Notes under the pieces: model-generated
The model's input: the letters and a program-made list of their open reading frames with translations, nothing else
What the model was told of the DNA's origin: nothing
Database searches by the model: none
From: Eledone cirrhosa
Lineage: Eukaryota
Assembly: GCA_964016885.1 (NCBI GenBank)
Contig: OZ024740.1
Location: 91,140,001-91,204,000 of the forward strand
Reading direction: 5' to 3'
DNA: 64,000 nt
Part shown: positions 52,806-64,000 of the stretch, in pieces
Layout: each line of letters begins with the position of its first letter
Position numbering within the stretch: the first letter of the stretch is position 1
Translations under genes and position numbers: made by a program

Positions 52806-53929
52806 AACTGCAACAATTGGATTATCTACATATCTAAGGGAATCACATGATTCGATGATCAAACTCGTTTTGAAACACGAAAGCATCAAAAGATCATATT
52901 CCATTACAAAAGATGCACAAAGATACAGTAATGGACTACAAATTTCAGAAGTCCCATTTACTGCTGAAATGGAAAACACAGAAAAAGCAAAGAGGGTAAA
53001 AGTAACTGCAAAGAAAGAACTGCTACAGAAACTGGCTAAGAAATGGCAAGAAAAGCCTCTGTATGGGAAATACCCAGAGCGAGCTAACAATCCTGATGTT
53101 GACAAAACTTTAACCCATCAGTGGTTGGTATCCTCTGGACTGAAATCGGAGACTGAAGGACTGATTATATCGGCACAAGATCAGTGTCTGCCAACAAAAA
53201 ATTACCAAGACAACATAATAAAAAATGGGTGCAGCCCATTATGCCGTGTATGCAAAAAACAACCAGAGACCATTGACCATATAATTTCAATGTGCAGTCC
53301 TATAGCTCCAACCGAATACCTAAACAGGCATGACAGAGCTGCACAATACATACATTGGATAATGTGTAAGCATTTTGACCTGCCCCATCAAAAGAATTGG
53401 TGGGAGCATCAACCACCCCCCATACTTGAAAAAGATCACATCTCAATCTTGTGGAACTTTAGCATCCAAACAGACCGAAAAATAGATGCAAACAGACCTG
53501 ATATAATATTGAAAGACTTTCAAAAGAGGGTATGCCTGCTAATTGATATGTCTGTTCCAATAGACAAGAATGTATCTATAAAAACATTTGAAAAATTGAG
53601 CAAGTATAAGGACCTGGAGATAGAAAGTTGAAAAATGTGGAAATTGAGAACTTAAACAATACCAGTGGTTGTAGGCGCTCTGGGAATGATACCTATGGGG
53701 TCTAATGAAACCCGCGTATAGGAGAAATACAAAAGATAGTACTAATGGAAACTGCCCATATACTAAGGAAGATTCTGTCAATATAAGTACATCACAAGTC
53801 TAAACACTAAATATGCATGTCTGAATATGTATGTTCTTTCTTGAACATGGCGGACCTTGTTGTCTCTTGAGGTCACTGGTTGTGACTTGGTGATAACTCG
53901 TATGAACATGAAGCAAGATAAATGCAACT

Positions 53930-53931
<2 letters not shown>
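52806..53931 (+). mobile_element. R4/Dong-like RLE non-LTR retrotransposon, family A, 5'-truncated
   Basis: LYGKY, ETEGLIISAQDQ, CRVC...ETIDHIISMC, RHD, NRPDI..D, LIDMSVP and K..Y; ends in (TAA)n. Confidence 0.88.
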
Positions 53932-53976
<45 letters not shown>

Positions 53977-53980
<4 letters not shown>

Positions 53981-55080
53981 GAAATGGATAGGAAGACTAG
54001 GAAGCTATTGACTATCTACAACATGTTCCACAGGAGGAGTGATGTCGATAGACTCTACCTAAGGAGATCTGAGGGTGGAAGAGGTCTTATCAGCATAGAG
54101 GACTGTGTTCAGATGGAGAAAAACAACCTATACAAATACGTGACCTATAGTAAGGAGCCAATGCTCAGAGCTGTACTGAAGGAGGGGACAGTAGGCCAGG
54201 GGATATCCAAGGAGGAAATAACATCAAGGAGGAAGAGCAGCCTTAAGGGAAAATCCCTTCATAGTACCTTCTTTGAGAAAACTGAATTTAGAGATCCACA
54301 GACATGGAACTGGTTGAGAAGAGGAGACCTCAAAAAGGCTACAGAAGGAATGCTAATGGCTGCGCAGGAGCAGGCCCTCAAAACGAAGTGGTTGAAGCAC
54401 CATATCTACAAGGAGGAGGCTAGCCCACTGTGCAGGATCTGTGGAGAGAGAGAGGAGACTGTGGCCCACATTGTGTCCGAGTGTAAACACCTAGCCCAGA
54501 CCCACTATAAGGGCTGGAGACACGATGTGATGGGCAGGGTGATCCACTGGCACCTGTGCAAAGTAAACAATCTACCACATTCTGAGAAATGGTATGAGCA
54601 TAGGCCAGAGGCGGTGATGGAGAACAGTCAGGTGAAGGTGCTGTGGGATTTTAGGATACAGACGGACAAAAAACTGGAACACAATAGACCTGACCTGGTG
54701 GTTGTGGACAAAGAAAAAAGATCGTGCCTGATTGTGGATGTGGCCTGCCCGTTCGACACGAGAGTGCAAGAGAAGGAGAGGGAGAAAATTAACCGATACC
54801 AGGACCTAAAGTGGGAGGTGAAAAGGATTTGGAACTGCCATGAAGTCAGAGTGATCCCGATTGTCATAGGCGCACTGGGGACTATCTCCAAAGGTTTCCA
54901 GGGATGGTTAAAGAAAATCGGCCCCTTCACGCTTTTTGGAACGCTTCAAAAGGCATGCTTGCTTGGAACGGCAAGAACACTCCGATACGTCCTGAATATC
55001 TGAGGCTGCAGGTAGTGGCTTGATATTCAATCCAACGGACTTTCCAGTTTACCAACATCAATGACTGAGATTCAAGGAAT
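53977..55080 (+). mobile_element. R4/Dong-like element, family B, 5'-truncated copy
   Basis: Near-identical to 59805-60908; RLE ORF at 53984-55003; (AAT)n on both sides. Confidence 0.92.
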
Positions 55081-55089
55081 AACAATAAC

Positions 55090-55123
<34 letters not shown>

Positions 55124-55126
<3 letters not shown>

Positions 55127-55942
55127 GTACCTTCTTTGAGAAAACTGAATTTAGAGATCCACAGACATGGAACTGGTTGAGAAGAGGAGACCTCAAAAAG
55201 GCTACAGAAGGAATGCTAATGGCTGCGCAGGAGCAGGCCCTCAAAACGAAGTGGTTGAAGCACCATATCTACAAGGAGGAGGCTAGCCCACTGTGCAGGA
55301 TCTGTGGAGAGAGAGAGGAGACTGTGGCTCACATTGTGTCCGAGTGTAAACACCTAGCTCAGACCCACTATAAGGCTGGAGACACGATGTGATGGGCAGT
55401 GTGATCCACTGGCACCTGTGCAAAGTAAACAATTTACCACATTCTGAGAAATGGTATGAGCATAGGCCAGAGGCGGTGATGGAGAACAATCAGGTGAAGG
55501 TGCTGTGGGATTTTAGGATACAGACGGACAAAAAACTGGAACACAATAGACCTGACCTGGTGGTTGTGGACAAAGAAAAAAGATCGTGTCTGATTGTGGA
55601 TGTGGCCTGCCCGTTCGAGACGAGAGTGCAAGAGAAGGAGAGGGAGAAAATTAACCGATACCAGGACCTAAAGTGGGAGGTGAAAAGGATTTGGAACTGC
55701 CATGAAGTCAAAGTGATCCCGATTGTCATAGGCGCACTGGGGGCTATCTCCAAAAGTTTCCAGGGATGGTTAAAGAAAATCGGCCCCTTCACGCTTTTTG
55801 GAACGCTTCAAAAGTCATGCTTGCTTGGAACAGCAAGAACCCTCCGATACGACCTGAATATCTGAGGCTACAGGTAGTGGCTTGATATTCAATCCAACGG
55901 ACTTTCCAGTTAACCAACATCAATGACTGAGATTCAAGGAAT
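55124..55942 (+). mobile_element. R4/Dong-like element, family B, shorter 5'-truncated copy with one frameshift
   Basis: Matches 60088-60908; (AAT)n on both sides. Confidence 0.92.
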
Positions 55943-55951
55943 AACATCAAC

Positions 55952-56040
<89 letters not shown>

Positions 56041-56222
56041 GAAGAAGAAGAAGAAGAAGGGAAGAAGACGCACGAGGTGACGGAGGTCATGAAATCGCTC
56101 CCGTAAGTTTTGAATTTTTAACATATTTAAATCATTTGTGAAATAACAACTCTTAGTTCAAATGCTACGTAAAGCACCCGGCTTGAGCCCCAAAAAATTC
56201 GGACCCAAAATATATTGTTATA

Positions 56223-56868
56223 AGGCTCAAATATTCAAATATTCAACTTTGTATTGTACAGTGTATATCCAAAAAAAATGGCTATAAATGGAAGAAGAAG
56301 ACCCCCCCCCCTCCTCTCCTCTGGCTACACTATATAGGACAGCTAAACTCACCAACACCAGAAACTAGATACACCACCCACCCCATCATCTGTGTACACT
56401 GAACACAACAGCATTTTCACCTTCACCGCCACCGCTCACTACGGCCATTATTACCACCACTATCCCATCACCGCCGCCACCACCCCTTGACTCCTCCACT
56501 GCTGCTGCCACCGCTACAGCACCATCACTACAGTAATACGGCTCAAATATTCAAATATTCAACTTTGTATTGTACACTGTATATCCAAAAAAAAAATAAA
56601 ATGGCTATAAATGGAAGAAGAAGAACCCCCCCCCCCCCTCCTCTCCTCTGGCTACACTATATAGGACAGCGAAACTCACCAACACCAGAAACTAGATACA
56701 CCACCCACCCCATCATCTGTGTACACTAAACACAACAGCATTTTCACCTTCACCGCCACCGCTCACTAGGGCCATCATTACCACCACTATCCCATCACCG
56801 CCGCCACCACCCCCTGACTCCTTCACTGCTGCTGCCACCGCTACAGCACCATCACTACAGTAATACGG
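56223..56868 (+). repeat. Tandem duplication of about 320 bp with a CAC/CCA-rich body
   Basis: ggctcaaatattcaaatattcaactttg at 56224 and 56540; both units end cagtaatacgg. Confidence 0.85.
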
Positions 56869-57249
56869 TCGCATCACCGCCACCACTGCCTCGGTATCGA
56901 CATCACCACCACCACTGTCTCAGTATCGCCAATGCCGCCAGTCTCTGCTGGCTACCACTTCCACATTATAGAATTCCTACTACTAACAAAGAGGAAGGCA
57001 TCAAAATATATAGATAGACTCAAAAGAAAAAAGAAAAAACAAACAACAAAAGCAGCACAGCAACAACAGTAAAAAACGAGAAAAACAGAGAAAAACAAAA
57101 ACAAAAAAAGAAACCCCAAAAACGTAAAGAAAATAAGAATGAAGAGAGAAACAGGCGGACGGACAGAGAAGAGGGGGGAAAAAGTAAAACTTAATAAACA
57201 AAAACTAAGTCAGACATTCGAATACTACATTACAATGAAACTTATGCTT

Positions 57250-60200
57250 ATTCATTTTTGGGGCCCTTTCTGCCCGTGTGTTTGTTTGTTTATGTGTGTC
57301 CGTATACAGCGTGGTGATAATGCCACACAAGGGCCAAGTGGGATGGCGGATCCACAGATGGCTATGTAAACATACATTCGCCAATCCTCGATAAGAGTGT
57401 TTAAATATCGAACATAAACAGTTCGAATAACGGTGAAATGGAAACTAGAACGTCATGTGACAGACTCTCACCCAACAGGTGCCCCCTGGCTCAGCAGCAG
57501 GAACCTGACTGTCAACCAAATACTGCTGATGTTGGAGGAAGAAGAAGAAGGAAAGGGGCCAGAACAAACTGGACGAAAGAATTGAATAGAACTGTTATGC
57601 AATGCTACCTGAAAAGTAACCCCAAGGAGAGGGGCTACAGGAGACGGATGCATAACATCTAGAACGAGATTGGTTTATTTAAATTAGATGAACAAAAATT
57701 GGCCGGGCAGGCTCGGGTAATAAGAACTAATGGGTGGATAAGCGAGCTGGAACTGGAGGAACTGAGCAGAGAGAATGGCTTGGAGATGGCGGGTGTAGTA
57801 TGCCAGACAAGCGAGCCGGCGGGAAATGAAGGTGAGGAGGTCCTGAGAACGGAGGAACCACCCGAAGCAGACAATGATCTGAATACTGAGATAAATAATA
57901 CCTGGAACAGAGAAACGGCCACTGAGGAGATGAATGCTGACGGTCTAGGACAAGATTCGGTTGACATCCTAAATTTAGTGGTAGTTGAGTTGAACAATGA
58001 TAGTGGGAGACCTATGAACCTAAGATTTGTAGACAGGAAAAAGTTAAAAGAAACAACAGCTAAGGTAAACAAAGTCATCCCATACCTTGAGGCGAGGAGT
58101 CTTCACCAGTGCAACAATATCCTCAAAGCAACAGCAAATACGGTGAGGAAGCTACTTGGTATAAAAGCGAGAGGAAACAACAGACAAGAAAGAGCAGAGC
58201 CGTGGTGGCAGATGCGACTGAGTGGGCAACTCGGGGAAATGAGAAATGACATAGGAAAGCTTGAGTCACTACTGAATGGGACACTAAAAAACATAGGCAC
58301 TAAAAATAGACTGGAAATAAAATACAAAACTAGGAGTAAAAAGCTAAATATTATCATAGAGGAATTGAAGCAACGCATTGTAGCAAAGAGTGCCAAAATC
58401 AGGCGATACGAGAACAGAGTCAGTCAGTATAAACAGAACCGCATGTTCGACAACAACCAGAAGATTCTGTTTGGACAGCTTGAGGGGAAAGAAAGAGGCA
58501 ACGACTTGATCCCTGGGGCGGAACAAGCTAAAACATTCTGGAGAGGAATATGGGAGCAGGATGTTAGACACAATGCCCAGGCAGGGTGGATTGAGACAGT
58601 ACAGAGGGAGATCGGTGAGCAGGCACAGCAACAGACTGATTTGAGTATCACAGTTGAAACTCTTAAGGGGCAAGCCAAAAAGCTAACCAACTGGAAATCA
58701 CCAGGCCCAGATGGTGTGCAGGGGTATTGGATTAAACATTTAACATCCCTCCACCCGAAGCTGACGACCATGTTCAATGACTGCTTGGTGTCGGGTGAGG
58801 TGCCAGAGTGGTTGACAAAAGGTACCACAGTTCTGATAATGAAAGACCGAATCAAGGGTAATGATGTTACCAACTATAGACCTATCACATGTCTGCCCGT
58901 AAAGTGGAAACTGTTGACGAGCATTGTGTCTGAGGAAATCTACCATCACCTCCACACAAACAACTTGTTGCCGGACGAACAGAAAGGATGCCGAAAGAAG
59001 TCACGTGGTACAAAGGACCAGTTGCTTATTGATAAGATGGTAATGGGGAATTGCAGGAGGAGACACATTGATCTTGCCATGGGATGGATAGACTACAGAA
59101 AGGCATTTGACATGGTGCCTCATTCCTGGATCACCAAAAGCCTGGAGATCTTCAGGGTGGCAGATAACATCAGACAGTTGCTGGGCAGGAGTATGGGGTC
59201 CTGGGAGACAGAGTTGACATCAACTGGAGTATCCTTGGGAAGCGTGAAGATCAAGAGAGGTATCTTCCAGGGAGATAGCCTGTCCCCTCTGTTGTTTGTC
59301 CTTGCCCTGATGCCCTTGACCATTATGCTGCGAAAAGTGAGAGCAGGATACAAGTTGGGAAGGGGAGAGCTTACCATCAATCACCTCCTCTTCATGGACG
59401 ATCTTAAGCTCTTCGGGAAAAGTGAGAAGGAGTTGGATGTGCTTGTTGACACTGTCCGTATTTTCAGCAGTGATATATGTATGCAGTTTGGTATTGGTAA
59501 ATGTGGAGTCATTGTGATGAGGAGGGGTAGGTTGAGCAGAAGTAACGGGATCCAGATACCAACAGGTGAGATGATAAAGGAAATTGACTCTGAGGAAGGA
59601 TACAAGTATTTGGGCGTTCTGGAGGCTGATGGCATAAAGAACAAAAAAATGAAGGAATTGTTAAGAACTGAATACATTCGGAGAGTAAGGAGCGTATTGA
59701 AGTCACATCTGAACAGCAGAAATGCCATAAGCGCAGTAAATTCCCGAGCTGTGTCTATTATTAGGTACAGTGCGGGAATTCTGAGATGGAATGTTGCTGA
59801 ACAAAAAGAAATGGATAGGAAGACTAGGAAGCTATTGACTATCTACAACATGTTCCACAAGAGGAGTGATGTCGATAGACTCTACCTAAGGAGATCTGAG
59901 GGTGGAAGAGGTCTTATCAGCATAGAGGACTGTGTTCAGATGGAGAAAAACAACCTATACAAATACGTGACCTATAGTAAGGAGCCAATGCTCAGAGATG
60001 TACTGAAGGAGGGGACAGTAGGCCAGGGGATACCCAAGGAGGAAATAACATCAAGGAGGAAGAGCAGCCTTAAGGGAAAATCCCTTCATAGTACCTTCTT
60101 TGAGAAAACTGAATTTAGAGATCCACAGACATGGAACTGGTTGAGAAGAGGAGACCTCAAAAAGGCTACAGAAGGAATGCTAATGGCTGCGCAGGAGCAG

Positions 60201-60908
60201 GCCCTCAAAACGAAGTGGTTGAAGCACCATATCTACAAGGAGGAGGCTAGCCCACTGTGCAGGATCTGTGGAGAGAGAGAGGAGACTGTGGCTCACATTG
60301 TGTCCGAGTGTAAACACCTAGCCCAGACCCACTATAAGGGCTGGAGACACGATGTGATGGGCAGGGTGATCCACTGGCACCTGTGCAAAGTAAACAATCT
60401 ACCACATTCTGAGAAATGGTATGAGCATAGGCCAGAGGCGGTGATGGAGAACAGGCAGGTGAAGGTGCTGTGGGATTTTAGGATACAGACGGACAAAAAA
60501 CTGGAACACAATAGACCTGACCTGGTGGTTGTGGACAGAGAAAAAAGATCGTGCCTGATTGTGGATGTGGCCTGCCCGTTCGACACGAGAGTGCAAGAGA
60601 AGGAGAGGGAGAAAATTAACCGATACCAGGACCTAAAGTGGGAGGTGAAAAGGATTTGGAACTGCCATGAAGTCAAAGTGATCCCGATTGTCATAGGCGC
60701 ACTGGGGACTATCTCCAAAGGTTTCCAGGGATGGTTAAAGAAAATCGGCCCCTTCACGCTTTTTGGAACGCTTCAAAAGGCATGCTTGCTTGGAACGGCA
60801 AGAACCCTCCGATACGTCCTGAATATCTGAGGCTGCAGGTAGTGGCTTGATATTCAATCCAACGGACTTTCCAGTTAACCAACATCAATGACTGAGATTC
60901 AAGGAATA
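57250..60908 (+). mobile_element. Near full-length R4/Dong-like non-LTR retrotransposon, family B; 5' boundary approximate
   Basis: Single long ORF with RT + CCHC + PD-(D/E)xK RLE, short 3' UTR, and an (AAC)(AAT)n tail. Confidence 0.9.
57438..60830 (+). CDS. RT-RLE polyprotein with one in-frame TAG at 57660-57662; 57663-60830 is open
   Basis: NWKSPGPDG, YRPITCL, EQKGCR, WIDYRKAFDMVPH, GIFQGDSLSPLLF, LFMDDLK, YKYLG, CRIC...HIVSEC, RHD, NRPDL and IVDVACP. ORFs 57438 and 57699 share a frame. Confidence 0.9.
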
Positions 60909-60940
60909 ACAATAACAATAATAATAATAATAATAATAAT

Positions 60941-63027
60941 GATTTCTTTATTAACCACAAGGGTTTATATAAAGTAGACATTAAGGACAGTGCAGGACAA
61001 TGCAGGACGGTACAAATGGGCATTTCTGCGTGTAAAAAAAACAAAAACAGAGGATGTAACAAAAATAACAATGAAAATAACAATGAAAAATTCCCCAATA
61101 GGGGGGAGACTTCGGAGGGACATTTGTGGAGAAAGCCCAGTAAAAAGCCACAATGACCCTGACCACCAAGGCAAGTGCCCTCTCCCAGTTTTCCACCTTT
61201 AGTTTACAGATATATACTCAGAGTCGGCCCATTCACTCGGGCCATTCTTGCTTCTCTCACCCATCTTTCAACAAAATGCTGGGAAGAGAGCACTTCCCTC
61301 TCTACTCTGATTTTCCTTTTCAAATGAAATTGGAAAAAGTCAATCAGAGCATCACCGAAGAGGTAAGTGCTCGTCTTCAGCCCTTTCAAACGTGTCCACC
61401 ATACTATCACTTTCGCCATGGCCACCAGACAGATAAAAACTGCCTGCCCTTCCCGGCTAAAGGAGGAGGGCGGGGCAATCCTCACGATGGACTCAGATGA
61501 TAGCTGGATCCGTCCTAAACGCGACAGCAGGTGTTCGACATAAGCCCACAAGTCAGCAATTTTCGGACACTGGACGAGTGCGTGCGGGACGGTTTCGTCG
61601 CCCTGCGAGGTGGAGATGTCGTAGCCTGAGCGCGTGCCTGCGCATCATCAGCCACGACATGCCCAGCCCTCCACGTAGCGGGTGTTGACAACAGATGGAC
61701 CGCCTGACCATCGGAGCACGTCCCTTCCACAAAAAGCGAAAGAGCAAACGCTCCAGCGCAGTCAGGCGAGGCTTAGGACAAGGTACGACGGTTAGGCGGT
61801 AGCAGATGACAGACGCGATGTACGCGTTAGCCACCTCCGCTCGACCTTTCAGGGATAGCTTCCACTCCGCCCATTTCTGGGTGAGAGAAGCCACCCTGCT
61901 CGTCACCTCGTCCCAGTTTTTGTCCGTCTGGAGATCCGGACCGAACCAGACCCCTAACAATTTAACCGGTCCGTCCGTCCAGCGCCCGACGACGCTGTTG
62001 GACGACATGGACCTGCCTTTCCAGGTGCCGAGCTGCAGGCCCACTGACTTTTCCTGGTTGATCATTGCTCCTGTCACCGCTTCGTATTCTCTTAGTGTAG
62101 TGCCGATCGCCTCGATGTGTTTGGCGTTCGACACCACTACGGTGACATCGTCCGCATATGCTGACACGGATCTTCCGCATCCTAGTTCGCGCGGGACTCC
62201 CCTCAACGTCTCCAGTTTGTGCAGTAATGGCTCGAGAGTCAATACGTACAAGAGGGACGAGAGGGGACATCCTTGGCGGACCGAGCGCATGATGTTGAAC
62301 GGTTCCGACAGGTGACCGTTCACTCTCACCACAGAGCAGATGTCGCTGTGCATGGCAGCGATCCAGCCTCTGAAGATGGGCCCAAAGCCAGCCGCCCTCA
62401 GGACTGCCGCTAGGTAACGATGGTCGACCCTATCGAAAGCTTTCGACTGATCTAAATTGATCAAGGACCCACCCGTGCCAGGTTCCCTAGCTACCCTCTC
62501 TACGATGTATCGCATAAGGTGGAGGTTGTCGTGGATGGATCTGTCGGGAATGGCGCATGTCTGCGCCTCTCCCACCAGACCACCAACGACAAGCGCCAAC
62601 CTCTTTGCTAGCACCTTGGCCAAAATCTTAAACTCTGTGTTTAGCAGGGTTATGGGCCGGAAATGTTCTATGTTATCCCCCTTATTCGGATCCTTTCTCA
62701 GCAGTGCCACCGCTCCTCGGCTCACAGAACTGGGAATTCTCCCGTTCTGTTGCCAGTTGCAGTAGACGTCCGCCAAGAGGCCTCCGAACAAGTCTGGCAT
62801 CTGTACGTAAAGTTCATAGGGCAGACCATCCAAACCAGGCGATTTACCCCTTGTGCAGCTAGTCATTGCCTCCCTTACTTCAGCGGCTGTTATCGGCTTT
62901 TCGCAACACTTCGCCTCAGTGGCCGAGAGCCGCGGCAGTCCGTCGAGGTAGACACTAAAGTCCATCCCTCTACCCGGCCCCCCGCTGCTCCCGAACAGCT
63001 GAGCGAAGTGTCGCTGAAAAGCTTCAC
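60941..63027 (-). mobile_element. Tx1/L1-clade element, 5'-truncated, with an internal deletion of about 410 bp near 61605
   Basis: SPGLDGLPYELY, LDQSKAFDRVDH, QGCPLS and YADD; highly similar to 50641-52805; (AAT)n on both sides. Confidence 0.9.
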
Positions 63028-63079
<52 letters not shown>

Positions 63080-63080
<1 letters not shown>

Positions 63081-64000
63081 CTTTCATTTATTGGCCACAA
63101 GGGCCGACATATAGGGGACAACACAATAGACAGGGACAGTGGGGGTTTACATAGAGATCGAGTAAGTATAAATAACAAAAAAACAAAATAACAATAAAAA
63201 TACAACAATGAAAGTTCCCCAATAAGAGGGATCACCACCCAGGGTTGACTCAAGCACCCCACCAGTCCTGAGCCACCCGACGCTCCTAGGGCACCCGGGA
63301 AGGGCACCCCTCTCCTTCTCGAATTCACCAGCCTACAGGCGCATGATCAGAGTAGGCCCACTCACGCGGGCCATTCTCGCCACATTCACCCACCTTTCAG
63401 TAAATGTACTGGGGGGCAGCACTTCTCTCTCCACCCTCACCTTCCTTTCCAAGTGAAACTTGAAGAAGTTGATGAGGGATTGGCCGAAGAGAAAAGTGTC
63501 TGTCTTCAGTCCTTTCAACCTGGTCCACCATGCAACCTCTTTCGCTACTGCCACCAGGCAGAGGAAAATTGCCTGCCCTTCCTGACCAAAAGAAGGCGGC
63601 GGGTCAATCTTCACTATGGACTCGGACGATAGCCGGATCCGTTCTACACGCGACAATAGCTGTTCAACATAACCCCACAAGTCAGCAATGCACGGACACT
63701 GGACGAGTGCGTGCAGAACGGTTTCGTCGCTCTGCGCGCATCTCGGGCAGGTTCGTCTGACAGCACTTCCGTGCCTGTAGAGTTTATCCCGAACCGGCAG
63801 CGCCCCCCGGTAGCACTGCCAAGCGAGGGATTTCTGGAAGTTATCCATCGTCCCCGGCTCGAAAGTCCTCCGGAACATACTGGTCAGTTCTACTTCGTTG
63901 ACGCCCAGAGCCTCTCCTAGTACGTCATCGCACTTGCCCTCCACTAATCCTCTATAGAAATCTTGAGTGGAAGTTCCACTGACCGCATTGCCCACCTTGC
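63080..64000 (-). mobile_element. Tx1/L1-clade element, second subfamily, 3' end (continues beyond the window)
   Basis: ORF 63333-63995 has CPRCAQSDETVLHALVQC, is homologous to the other Tx1 copies, and has AATAAA just before (ATT)n on -. Confidence 0.88.

Noticed and set aside
51615-53631. ORFs 51615-53105 (-) and 52543-53631 (+) as real genes
   Set aside because: Both are chimeras: their N-termini are antisense read-through across the Tx1/Dong junction near 52805.
61595-61615. Internal deletion in a Tx1 copy as a spliced intron
   Set aside because: The deleted segment, judged from 51286-51698, lacks GT...AG boundaries on the coding strand.
61553-63328. 591-aa ORF with a poly-Ile stretch
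   Set aside because: It is an artefact joining the 3' UTR of one Tx1 copy, an (ATT)n tract and the truncated RT of the next copy.

Overview
AT-rich eukaryotic genomic DNA made almost entirely of mobile elements; no host gene is supportable. It is probably from an invertebrate, and the SINE and microsatellite style suggest a cephalopod (inference). There are three zones. (1) 1-25 kb and 32.5-34.3 kb: (TA)n microsatellite ground with at least four Penelope-like (PLE) RT + C-terminal GIY-YIG retroelements in inverted or partial-tandem form. Between them lie many short non-coding fold-back or tandem units. Reading by eye, nearly all of these units carry a type I hammerhead ribozyme (HHR) motif or a remnant of one: about 20 motifs from about 10 unrelated sequence families, including a repeated non-canonical CAGAAGA core. 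(2) 25.4-49 kb: two divergently oriented, full-length but disabled Helitrons, non-autonomous Helitrons and very old Helitron relics. (3) 50.3-64 kb: an (AAT)n microsatellite colonised by two non-LTR clades in strictly opposite orientations, R4/Dong-like RLE elements on + (one nearly intact) and Tx1/L1-like elements on -, including a head-to-head chimera. All ribozyme calls are manual motif and pairing reads, not computed.
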